From positions 868,001-932,000 of the forward strand of contig JAPDFW010000081.1 of NCBI GenBank assembly GCA_028826165.1: a DNA stretch of 64,000 bases, given 5' to 3'. The position numbers and the translations under genes were made by a program. The notes under the pieces are model-generated. The model searched no databases, had not been told where the DNA came from, and saw only the letters and a list, made by a program, of their open reading frames with translations. The stretch's first letter is position 1; every line of letters begins with the position of its first letter. The DNA is from Anaeramoeba ignava BMAN (taxonomy: Eukaryota; Protista; Anaeramoebae). Shown here piece after piece: positions 11,501 to 23,025 of this stretch.

Positions 11501-11964
11501 TATATCAATTTTATATCAATTTTATATTAATTTTATATCAATTTTAAATCAATTTTATATCAATTTTAAATTAATTTTAAATCAATTTTATATCAATTTT
11601 AAATCAATTTTAAATCAATTTTATATTAATTTAATATCAATTTTATATTAATTTTATATTAATTTTATATTAATTTTATATCAATTTTATAATTTTATAT
11701 TAATTTTATATCAATTTATATTAATTTTATATTAATTTTATATTAATTTTATATTAATTTTATATTAATTTTAAATCAATTTTATATCAAATTTATATTA
11801 ATTTTATATCAATTTTATATTAATTTTATATTAATTTTATATTAATTTTATATTAATTTTATATCAATTTTAAATCAATCTTATATCAATTTTATATTAA
11901 TTTTATATCAATTTTATATCAATTTTATATCAATTTTTACTTTTGGTTCTTTGCTTTTTTGCAT
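8512..11964 (-). CDS. N-terminal FN3-like + C-terminal degenerate PARP (ADP-ribosyltransferase)-like domain protein; intron 10630-11940
   Basis: Exon 1 MQKSKEPK spliced in frame; [12 protein letters not shown] (FN3-like); IFPDYW...[13 protein letters not shown]...LF...FYLYRVVLG...[15 protein letters not shown] follows the PARP12/14 catalytic-domain pattern. Confidence 0.6.
10635..11935. repeat. Intronic 11-mer satellite AT(C/T)AATTTTAT
   Basis: Visible tandem array. Confidence 0.95.
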
Positions 11965-12300
11965 ATTTAATTTTAAAAAAAAATGGAAAAAAAAGGAAAA
12001 AATGAAAAAAATGAAAAAATAAATTTTCCTTTTTTTTTCCTTTTTTTTAGATAATAAATAAATAAAAAAAGAAGAAGAAGGTTTTAAGAATAAAAAAAGA
12101 TTAAGTGATCAAAAAGATTCAAAAATAAATTTTTTAATTTTTAAAATCATTTTTTTCTTTTTTTCTTTTTTCAATTTATTTTTCTTTTTAAATTATTTTT
12201 AAACTTATTTTTTAAATTTTTCTCTTTAGATCCAACTTATTAATAATCAAAAATAATAATAATAAGAATAAGAATAAGAATAAGAATAATAATAATAATA

Positions 12301-14522
12301 ATGGGATGTTCAAATTCATCATTAACAAAAGAAGAAAAAGAAGCAAAGAAACGAACAAGAGAAATTGAATTAATTTTAAAAAGACACAAAGTTAAAATTG
12401 AAAGAGAAACAAAAATTTTATTATTAGGTAACGAATCTGACAAAAAAAAAAGAAACAAAAATCAAAAGAGAAACAAAAGAAAACGGAATGAAAAATTCAA
12501 TTTATTTAATTTTGTTTTATCATTTTTATTCATAAACGTCATTTCTTTTGTTATTGAAACTCTTTTAAATTTTTAGGTGCTGGAGAATCTGGAAAAAGTA
12601 CAATTTTTAAACAAATGAAATTTCTTCAAGATGGACAATTTGATTCAAAAGATCAAGAACAAGTTAAACTTTCTATTCCTCGTAATTGTGTTTCTCAAAT
12701 GCAATTATTAGTTATTGCAGCAGAAAAAATTGGAATTCCAATTGAACACGAAGTAATTTTATTAGAATAATTATAATTATAATTTTAAATTTGAATTTTA
12801 AATTGGATTTTAAATTTAAATTTTAATTGAATTTTAAATTGGATTTAAATTGAATTTTAAATTGAATTTTAAATTGAATTTTAAATTGGATTTGGATTTG
12901 GATTTGGATTTTAAATTGGATTTGGATTTGGATTTAAATTTTGATTTTAAATTGAATTTTAAATTGGATTTTAAATTGGATTTTGATTTGGATTTTAAAT
13001 TGGATTTTGATTTTGATTTTGATTTGGATTTGGATTTAAATTGAATTTGGATTTGGATTTTGATTTTGATTTTGATTTTGAATTTCAATTTGGATTTTAA
13101 ATTGGATTTTAAATTGGATTTTTAATTGAATTTTAAATTGAATTTTAAATTGAATTTTAAATTGAATTTTAAATTGAATTTTAAATTGGATTTTAAATTG
13201 AATTTTAAATTGGATTTGATTTTAAATTGGATTTTAAATTGGATTTTGATTTTAAATTGGATTTGGATTTTAAATTGGATTTGGATTTTAAATTGGATTT
13301 TAAATTGGATTTTAAATTGAATTTTAAATTGAAATTTAATTTGAATCTTAATTTAAATGTTTTCGTTTATTTGTATTCTTTTAAAAATATAAAAGGATCT
13401 TGCTTCTCAAATTAAAAAAATAAAAAGTTGTGATTCTTTAACTCCTGAAATTTCAAAAATAATAAATGATTTATGGCATGATCCAGGAATTCAACAAGTA
13501 TACCAATTCCGAGATAAAAAATTTCAACTTAATGACTCTGCTGAATAGTAAAAAAAAAAAGGGAGATTTTATGAAATATTAATTAAATATCATTTAATTT
13601 ATAAAAACCAAAAGTTTTTTTACAAATGTAATGAGATTCAGTGAAGAAAATTATCAACCAACTCCAGATGATATTCTTCGAGTTAGAGTTAAAACAATAG
13701 GAATTGAAGAAGCTGAATTTACTGTTAAAGGACTTCATTTTGTTATGGTTGATGTTGGTGGACAAAGGAATGAAAGAAGAAAATGGTAATATTGATTAAA
13801 ATTTTTGAATTTGTATTTTTGAATTTAATTCCAAAAATAAAAATTAGGATTCATTCATTTGAAGGTGTAACTTCTGTTTTATTTTGTTGTTCTTTAATTG
13901 GATTTGATCAAACTTTAAGAGAGGATTCTTCTGTTAACCGATTAGAGGTTAATTTTTTATTCTTAATTTTATTCTTAATTTTATTCTTAATTTTATTCTT
14001 AATTTTATTCTTAATTTTATTCTTAATTTTATTCTCAATTTTATTCTTAATTTTTATATTCTTATTTAAAATTCAAAGGAAGCTTTTTCAATTTTTTCTG
14101 AAATTTGTTCAAGTCCTTGGTTTGCAAAAGCTTCAGTCATTTTATTTTTAAATAAGAAAGATCTTTTCAAGAAAAAAATTGAAGAAAATGATTTATCAAT
14201 CGTATTTCCTGAATATCAAGGTTTTTTTTATTGAAAAAAAAAAAGAACAAATCAAATTTCAATTTGAAATCTAAAAATATTTTTACATTGAAAAAAAAAT
14301 TTGTTTGGTTTTTAAATTAAAAAAGGAGGAAAAGATTATCAAAAAGCATCAAAATTTATTGAAGATAAATTTCTTGCAATTTCTTCACAAAGTAATCAAC
14401 CAACAAGACATATTTATGCATTTAAAACGTGTGCTATTAGTACAAAAAATATTGATAGAGTTTTTAAATGTGTTGTGGATACAGCTTTATCAAATGTTTT
14501 AGAAGAACTTGATATGGTTTAA
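12301..14522 (+). CDS. Heterotrimeric G protein alpha subunit (7 exons)
   Basis: MGC N-terminus, KILLLGAGESGKSTIFKQMK, LNDSAEY, DILRVRVKT, DVGGQRNERRKW, ILFLNKKDLF, TCA. Confidence 0.96.
12780..13355. repeat. Intronic satellite (TTTTAAATTG(G/A)A)n
   Basis: Fills G-alpha intron 12753-13395. Confidence 0.9.
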
Positions 14523-14791
14523 AACAAAACAAAACAAAACAAAACAAAAACAGAAAAATTGGATTTCTTTGATTTTTGATTTTTGATTTTCCATTATTTT
14601 TTTTGTTTTTATTTTTGGATTGATTTCAGATGAATATTTTTTTTTTCTATTCTAAAAATCAAATCTAAAATCTAAATTAAAATAATAATTAAAATAAAAA
14701 TCAAATTTAATCTCAAAAACGAAAATTTTTTTGTGTTTGATTTTGTTTTTATATTCAACTTCATCAATAATAAAAATGGATCATTCATTCC

Positions 14792-15520
14792 TTAATTTTT
14801 AAGTCTTCCAGCTCTTTCAGAAATAGAATCCTTTAATATCCAAGCAGGAGAATATAAACCATTTAAATTTTTCAATTTTGGGTTTTGGATTGTATTTGAT
14901 TTTGTTCCAATACTTGTATAACCCAAATCATATAGTTTACAATAAGGAACATTATTTCCAATAAGAAAACTCCAAACATCTTGATATTCCCAATCCAAAA
15001 TGGGAGAAACACGAACAATTTGAGGCCAATCAACATCAGCCTTTTGAAAATATGCAACTTGGTTTCCTTCTTTATCATTTTTTCTATATCCAGTTAGCAT
15101 TGCTTCAATTTGAGGATGAATTTCAAGTAATTTTTTTAATCCATCTTTTAAATTTGAATTAAAATGAATAAAATTTTCAATTCCATAATAAGTTTTTGCT
15201 TCCTCAACAAATTCTGAAACTTCTTGGAAATCGTCTTTTGTTGTTGATAAAAAAACCACTAATTTGTTTAAATTTATATTTAAATTTTTTTTTGTTTTGA
15301 TTTTTTTCATTTGCATTTCATAAAGTAATTCAAGAACAACAGTTGAATCTTTTCCTCCATTAAAACTGATTCCTAGATGATCTTCTCCATATTTTTCAAA
15401 AGCTTCTTCAATAATTTGGATTGATTTTTGTATTTTTTGATTTTGATTTAAATTTTGATTTAAATTTTGATTTTGATTTAAATTTTGATTTTGATTTTGA
15501 TTTAAATTAATTTTTTCCAT
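14792..15520 (-). CDS. FAD1: FAD synthetase (PAPS reductase family FMN adenylyltransferase)
   Basis: ISFNGGKDSTV, RVSPILDW, YCKLYDLGYTSIG, NPKL, ERAGR. Confidence 0.93.
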   Translation of the reverse strand: MEKINLNQNQNQNLNQNQNLNQNLNQNQKIQKSIQIIEEAFEKYGEDHLGISFNGGKDSTVVLELLYEMQMKKIKTKKNLNINLNKLVVFLSTTKDDFQEVSEFVEEAKTYYGIENFIHFNSNLKDGLKKLLEIHPQIEAMLTGYRKNDKEGNQVAYFQKADVDWPQIVRVSPILDWEYQDVWSFLIGNNVPYCKLYDLGYTSIGTKSNTIQNPKLKNLNGLYSPAWILKDSISERAGRLKN

Positions 15521-15612
15521 TTTGTTTTAAAAATAAAAAAGAAAAATGAAAATTTTTTTTTTCATTTTTTTCATTTTTTTTCTTTTTATTTTAAAAATTT
15601 ACAAAAAAAAAA
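15521..15612. promoter_or_regulatory. 92-bp bidirectional core promoter with Inr-like TTTCATTTT on each strand
   Basis: aaaatgaaaa (minus-strand TTTTCATTTT) next to the FAD1 ATG and ttcattttt x2 next to the YIPF ATG. Confidence 0.6.
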
Positions 15613-17353
15613 ATGAGCGATACAGACGAAAATCAAAATGGATTAAAAAATACACACGTTGAAAGTGAAAGTGAAAATGAAAACAAAGGAGGTGGTCTTT
15701 TTGATGCAGATCTTTTATTAACAAGTGATGCAGAATTAAGTAGTAATAAAGATTTAGAAGAAGAAAAACAAGAAAAACAAGAAAAACAAGAAGAAACTGT
15801 TAAACCAAAAGAAGAAAATAATGATTTAGAATTTCAAAGTTTTGGAAATAAAAATGATCAATCATTAGAATTTAAACCTGAACAACTTAATTCCAGTTAA
15901 AAATTTAAAATAAAATAAATTAAAATTTAAAATTAAAATTTAAAATTAAAAATTAAAAATTAAAAATTAAAAATTGAAATTGAATTGAAAAATTAAACCA
16001 AAAGAGCAAAGAAAAGTTCCAGAACTTCATCCTCCACTTTGGAGTATTGATTATTATAAGGAATTCTTTAATATTGAGACTAAAGAAGTATTTAAAAAAA
16101 TGGGACTTTCAATTATTCCTTTTTCAACTAAATTTTATTCAAGAAAAGCTGATTTATATGGACCATTTTGGATAACAACAACTCTTGTTTTTTTAATGAG
16201 TGTATAATTTTAATTATGATTTTAATATTAATTATAATTTTAAATTTGATTTTAATTTTAATTTTAATTTTTATTTTAATTTTAATTTTGATTTTAATTT
16301 TAATTTTATTATCTTATTTAACAAAAAAAAAAGGTTTCTGGAAATCTTGCAAGTTATATGGATAGTCGAAAATCTGGATCTGAAAATTGGCAATATGATT
16401 TTACAAAAGTTACTTTTGCTTGTACTCTTCTTTATGGATATGTTTTCTTATTACCTTTTATAATTTATATGATTTCAAAATGTTTTATTTCAGAAAAATT
16501 TGAGATGACAAAATTAATGGGATCAATTGGATATTCACTTTCATTTTATATTCCTGTTTCAGTAAATTATTGAATCAAAATTAAAATTAAAATTAAAATT
16601 CATTTATCAAAATTAAAATCAAAATCAAAATCAAAATCAAAATCAAAATTAAAATTAAAATTAAAATCAAAATAAAAATTAAAATCAAAATCAAAATCAA
16701 AATCAAAATCAAAATCAAAATCAAAATCAAAATCAAAATCAAAATTAAAATCAAAATCAAAATCAAAATTAAAATTAAAATTAAAATCAAAATATAAATT
16801 AAAATCAAAATCAAAATCAAAATCAAAATCAAAATATAAATCAAAATTAAAATCAAAATCAAAATCAAAATTAAAATCAAAATCAAAATTAAAATTAAAA
16901 TTAAAATCATAATCAAAATCAAAATCAAAATTAAATTGAAAATTAAAATTAAAATCAAAATATAAATCAAAATCAAAATTAAAATTAAAATCAAAATTAA
17001 AATCAAAATTAAAATCAAAATCAAAATCAAAATTAAAATTAAAATTAAAATCAAAATTAAAATTAAAATCAAAATTAAAATCAAAATCAAAATCAAAATT
17101 AAAATCAAAATTAAAATTAAAATTAAAATAGATTTTATGTGTGATTCCAAATGAAAGTTTAAGATGGTCTCTTGTTTTAATTGTTGGAATAGCTACTTTA
17201 GTTAATATAATTATTAATTTATATCAAGAATTAAAAAATGATGGAAAAATGAATCGAGTTTTGGTTATATTACTTTTGATTTTATTGACTCATTTGACAG
17301 TAGTTTTCCTTTTAAAATTCATATTTTTTCAATATAAAGAAGTAAAAAATTGA
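15613..17353 (+). CDS. Yip1-domain Golgi/ER membrane protein (YIPF1/2-like), 4 exons
   Basis: WSIDYYKEFFNIET, DLYGPFWITTTLVF, SGNLASY, GYSLSFYIPVSILCVIP. Confidence 0.9.
16575..17130. repeat. Intronic (AAAAT[C/T])n satellite
   Basis: Fills YIPF intron 16562-17131. Confidence 0.95.
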
Positions 17354-17527
17354 TCAAAGAAAAGAAAAGAAAAGATTTTCCTTTTTTTTTCTTCAATTTT
17401 TCTTCTTCAATTTTTTTTTAAAACTAAAGAAACAAATTTTTCACAGAAATTATTTTATATTTTTAATTTTTAATTTTTAATTTTTAATATTTTTAATTTT
17501 AATTCATTTTTTCAATTCAAAAAAAAA

Positions 17528-20510
17528 ATGTCAGAAAAAGAACAAGAAAAAGAAAAAAAGCTAATTGCATTTGTTTCAGGTGTAAATTTTATTAAAAACA
17601 ATATGAAAATTTAAGTGAAAAATTCTTTCCTTTTTCTCTTTTTTTTTTTAGTCAACTGGTTTTGTTGGAATGAATTTAGTCCGTTATCTTTTAAAGAAAA
17701 ATGAAGTTAAAGTTCGATGTCTTTGTAGAAAAAAAACATTTTCAGAATATTCTAAATGGTTTTCTGATCTTGATGTTGAAATTGTTGATGGAGATTTAAC
17801 AAATTATGAAAGTTTAGTTAAAGGAATGGAAAATTGTACTTATGCTTATAATGCTGCTGGAGTTGTTAGTTTTAAAGGTGGTGATAAAAACCTACTTTTT
17901 AAAGTTAATGTTTTAGGTGCTCGTAATTTTGCTTTAGCTGCTGCTAAAAATAATATCAAAAGAATTATTCATATTTCATCTGCGATTACAGCTGAAGTTG
18001 AAGAAGATATATCAAATCCAACTACTGAAGATAGTACTTTCAATCCAGTAAAATTTATTTTAATTTCAAATATCTTTAAATCAAAAATATTTAAATCAAT
18101 AATATTTAAATCAAAAATATTTAAATCAAAATAATTAAATCAAAATATTAAAATCAAAATATTTAAATCAAAATATTTAAATCAAAATAATTAAATCAAA
18201 ATAATAAAATCAAAATATTTAAATCAAAATATTTAAATCAAAATATTTAAATCAAAAAATTAAATAAAAATATTTAAATCAAAATAATAAAATCAAAATA
18301 TTCAAATCAAAATAATTAAATAATAATATTTAAAATCAAAAATATTTAAATCAAAATATTTAAATCAAAATATTCAAATCAAAATATTAAAATTAAAATA
18401 ATTAAATCAAAAATATTCAAATCAAAAATATTCATAATAATATTTAAATCAAATTTATTTAAAATCAAAAATATTTAAATCAAAATATTTAAATCAAAAT
18501 ATTTAAATCAAAATATTTAAATTCAAAAATATTTAAATCAAAAATATTTAAAATCAAAATAATTAAATCAAAAATATTTAAATCAAAATATTTAAATCAA
18601 AATATTTAAATCAAAATATTTAAATCAAAAATATTTAAATCAAAATATTTAAATCAAAATATTTAAATCAAAATATTTAAATCAAAATATTAAAATCAAA
18701 ATATTTAAATCAAAATATTTAAATCAAAATAATTAAATCAAAATAATTAAATCAAAATATTTAAATCAAAATATTAAAATCAAAATATTCAAATCAAAAT
18801 ATTCAAATCAAAATAATTAAATAATAATATTTAAAATCAAAAATATTTAAATCAAAATAATTAAATCAAAAATATTTAAATCAAAATAATTAAATCAAAA
18901 ATATTTAAATCAAAATATTTAAATCAAAAATATTCAAATCAAAATAATTAAATCAAAATAATTAAAATCAAAAATATTTAAATCAAAAATATTCAAATCA
19001 AAATATTTAAATCAAAATATTTAAATCAAAATAATCAAATCAAAATAATCAAATCAAAATAATCAAATCAAAAATATTCATAATAATATTTAAATCAAAA
19101 TATTTAAATCAAAATAATCATAAAAATATTAAAATCAAAATATTTAAATCAAAATATTTAAATCAAAAATATTAAAATCAAAAATATTAAAATCAAAATA
19201 TTTAAATCAAAATAATTAAATCAAAATAATTAAATCAAAATATTTAAAATCAAAATATTAAAATCAAAATATTCAAATCAAAAATATTCAAATCAAAATA
19301 ATTAAATAATAATATTTAAAATCAAAAATATTTAAATCAAAATAATCAAATCAAAAATATTCAAATCAAAAATTAAATAAAAATATTCATAATAATATTT
19401 AAAATCAAAATATTTAAATCAAAAATATTCATAATAATATTTAAAATCAAAATATTTAAATCAAAAATATTTAAAATCAAAAATATTTAAATAAAAATAT
19501 TTATAATAATATTTAAATCAAATTTATTTAAAATCAAAAATATTCAGATCGAAATATTTAATTTCAAAAATATTTAAATCAAAATATTTAAATCAAAATA
19601 TTTAAATCAAAATATTTAAATCAAAATATTTAAATCAAAATATTTAAATCAAAATATTTAAATCAAAATATTTAAAATCAAAATAATTAAATCAAAATAT
19701 TCATAATAATATTTCAAAAAAAAATAGTTCAAAAATCATTCATATTATGAAACAAGTAAATACCACTCAGAAGCAGAATTACTTAAAATTTCACTTCAAA
19801 CAGGCTTAGAAGTCGTTTTTATTAATCCTGTTGCTATTTTGGGAGAATTTGATTTTAAAATGTCGCCAGTTGGTTTAATGTTCAAAAAAATAGCACAAAA
19901 TAAAATTCCAGTTTTTCCATCAAAAGGAAAATATTCATTTGTTGGAGCATATGATATTGCGAAAGCTTCTTATCGAGCAATGAAATATGGAAAAAACGGA
20001 CAAAAATATATCATTTCACATGATGAACAATTAACAACAGAAAAACTTCTTGATTGGATTCTTGAATCAACAAATGCTAAAAAACCCAAACTTATGATCA
20101 ATTCTACTGCTTTAAAATATGTTGCTTGGGTAAAAGATATGTTTGAGAAATATTTTTTCACTTTTGACCGTTTTTTTGAGGTTGCTTCTCTTTTTAGTTA
20201 TCACTCAATGAAATATTTATGTTCTGGTCAAGTTTATGATAATTCTTTAGTCAAAAAAGATTTGGGAATAAAATTTAAAAGTCTAAAAGTTTGTTTTGAA
20301 GAACATATAGATTGGTTAAAAAATAATGGATTTATTGTAATCAAAAAAAATGATGAAGATGATGATGAAGATGATGATGAAGATGAAGATGAAGATGATA
20401 ATTTTACTGATGATTTTTATAATGAAAATGAAAATGAAAATGAAAATCAAAATGAAAATGAAAATCAAAATCAAAATCAAAATGAAAAACAAAATCAAAA
20501 TCAAAATTAA
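17528..20510 (+). CDS. NAD-dependent epimerase/dehydratase (extended SDR, dihydroflavonol reductase/HpnA-like), 3 exons
   Basis: VSGSTGFVG Rossmann motif across intron 1, GDLT, NAAG, NVLGARN, IHISS, catalytic YETSK, INP; acidic/NQ tail. Confidence 0.9.
18065..19715. repeat. Intronic 14-mer satellite (AAAATATTTAAATC)n
   Basis: Fills intron 18048-19727. Confidence 0.95.
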
Positions 20511-20924
20511 AATCAAAATCAAAATTAAAATCAAAATTAAAATCAAAATCAAAATTAAAATCAAAATGAAAATTAAAATCAAAATCAAAATCAAAATTAA
20601 AATTAAAATTAAAATGAAAATCAAATTCAAAATGAAAATCAAAATCAAAATTAAAATCAAAATCAAAATTAAAATTAAAATTAAAATTAAAATCAAAATT
20701 AAAAATTAAAATCAAAATGAAAATCAAAATTAAAATCAAAATCAAAATGAAAATCAAAATTAAAACTAAAAATTAAAATTAAAAATTAAAAATTAAAAAT
20801 GTTAACATAATTATTCGTTTATTAAAATTGTTGTTTACTCTTTCTGAAAAAAAAACAAAAACAGAAGATAAAAAGTAAATATTGAAAATCTTTTTTTTTG
20901 ATTTCTATTTCCTTTCCAACAAAT

Positions 20925-22916
20925 TTAACAACAACCCGATTTATTAACTGGTTTTTTTTCATCTTCTTCAATTTTTTGAATAAGATTTTCTGCTTTTTCT
21001 TCTTTTTTTTCAGAATTTGAATGAATAACAAATAAACTTCTTGCTAAAAAAATTTAAATAGAAAAAATAGAATTTGAATGAATTTTTTTTTTTGGAATTT
21101 GAATAATTGATTAATTACCAATTTCTTTAAACATTTCTCTTATATTTTGACCAGTTTTTGCTGAAGTTTCAAAGAAAATTAATCGATTTTCATCAGCAAA
21201 TTCTTTTGCTTCTGAATATTCAATTTTTCTTTTTTCTAAATCAGCTTTATTTCCAGCCAAAACAATAACAAATGAAGAAGGTTGTTGTAATAGAAAATAA
21301 ACCCAAGAACGAGCTTTTTCAAAAGAATTCTTTTGTAAACAGAAAAAGTAATCAATAAATAAATAAATCAACAAATCAATAAATCAATTAAATAAATAAA
21401 TAAATAAATCAAATAAATCAATAAATCAATTAAATAAATTGAAATGATTAAAATAAATTTTTTTTGTTGTTGAAAAATTACTTGATTTGAAATATCATAA
21501 ATAACAATTGCGCAAGCAGCATTTCTAATATAATTTGGTGCAAAGCTATTAAATCTTTCTTGACCAGCTGTATCCCAGATCTGCATATTGAATTGAATTA
21601 AATATTGAATTGAATTGAATTGAATTAAATTGAATTGAATTGAAATTGAATTTTAAATATTGAATTGAATATTTTAAAGTTTCAAAAGAAAATTGAATTG
21701 AATTGAATTAAATTGAATTGAATTAAATTGAATATTGAATTAAATATTGGAATTGAATTGAATTTGAATTTAAAACAATAACAAATGAAGAAAAATTGTA
21801 ATAGAAAATTGAATTAAATTGAAAAAAATTGCTTTTTGAATTGAATATTGAATTGAAAACAGAATTGTAATGAATTAAATAAATAAATAACAAATAAATA
21901 AATAAATAAATCAATAAATAAATGAATAAATAAATAAATAAATGAATAAATCAACAAATAAATAAATCAAATAAATCAATAAATCAACAAATCAATTAAA
22001 TAAATTGAAAATTGAAAAATAAATTGAAAAATTAATTGATTTGAAATATCATAAATGGAACAATTGAATTGAATCGAATTGGAATTTGGAATAAATATTT
22101 GGTGCAAAGCTATTAAAATTTTGAATTGAATCAAAATTTGAATCGAATTAATCGATTGAATTGAATTGAATTAAATATTGAATTGAATTGAATTAAATTG
22201 AATTGGGAATTAAATAAATATTGAATTGAATTAAATTGAATTGAATTAAATTGAATTGAATTGAATTAAATATTGAATTGAATTGAATTAAATTGAATTG
22301 AATTAAATATTGAATTGAATTGAATTAAATATTGAATTAAATATTGAATTAAATATTGAATTGAATTGAATTGAATTGAATATTGAATTGAATATTGAAT
22401 TGAATATTGAATTGAATATTGAATTAAATATTGAATTGAATTGAATATTGAATTGAATTGAATTGAATTGAATTGAATATTGAATTGAATTAAATATTGA
22501 ATTAAATATTGAATTGAATATTGAATTAAATATTGAATTAAATATTGAATTGAATATTGAATTGAATATTGAATTAAATATTGAATTAAATATTGAATTA
22601 AATATTGAATTGAATAAAGCTTCGTTTTGTAAAATCAAACCATTTGATTTTCAACTTGAATTGTTTCTGAAAAGAAAGCAACTTTTTGTTTTAAATGATA
22701 AAAATAAAGTTTATAAATTAAAATGGTTAAAATATAAATAAAAATAAAATATAAAAAATATAAAAATAAATATAAATTACCTCCTATTGTTGGATCTTTA
22801 TGAACTAGAAATTCATCTTTACTAAACTTCCAAACAATACAACTTTTCCCAACTCCACTTTCTCCAAGTAAAACAATTTTAAATTGAGGGAGAGATAAAG
22901 TTGGAGTTAATTCCAT
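20925..22916 (-). CDS. Rab5-related small GTPase (divergent), 5 exons
   Basis: [55 protein letters not shown]-terminal GCC. Confidence 0.9.
21586..22615. repeat. Intronic (ATTGA)n/(AATATTG) satellite with an embedded degenerate exon copy
   Basis: Visible array in intron 21581-22640. Confidence 0.85.
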
Positions 22917-23025
22917 TTGCAATAATAAAAAAAAAATAATAAAAAAGAAAAAAGAAAAGAAAAAATGAAAAAAAATGAAAAAAAAAATTTTTTAATTAAA
23001 TTTTTTTCATTTTTTTTTTTGTTAA

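Noticed and set aside
16593-17150. ORFs of ILILIL, KIKIKI, FNFNF or YIIYII type (also 1364, 3476, 12834-13415, 20316-20757, 22303, 36513, 46019, 52198-53026, 56683, 58016)
   Set aside because: Translations of stop-free satellites in introns or UTRs, or antisense to NQ tracts.
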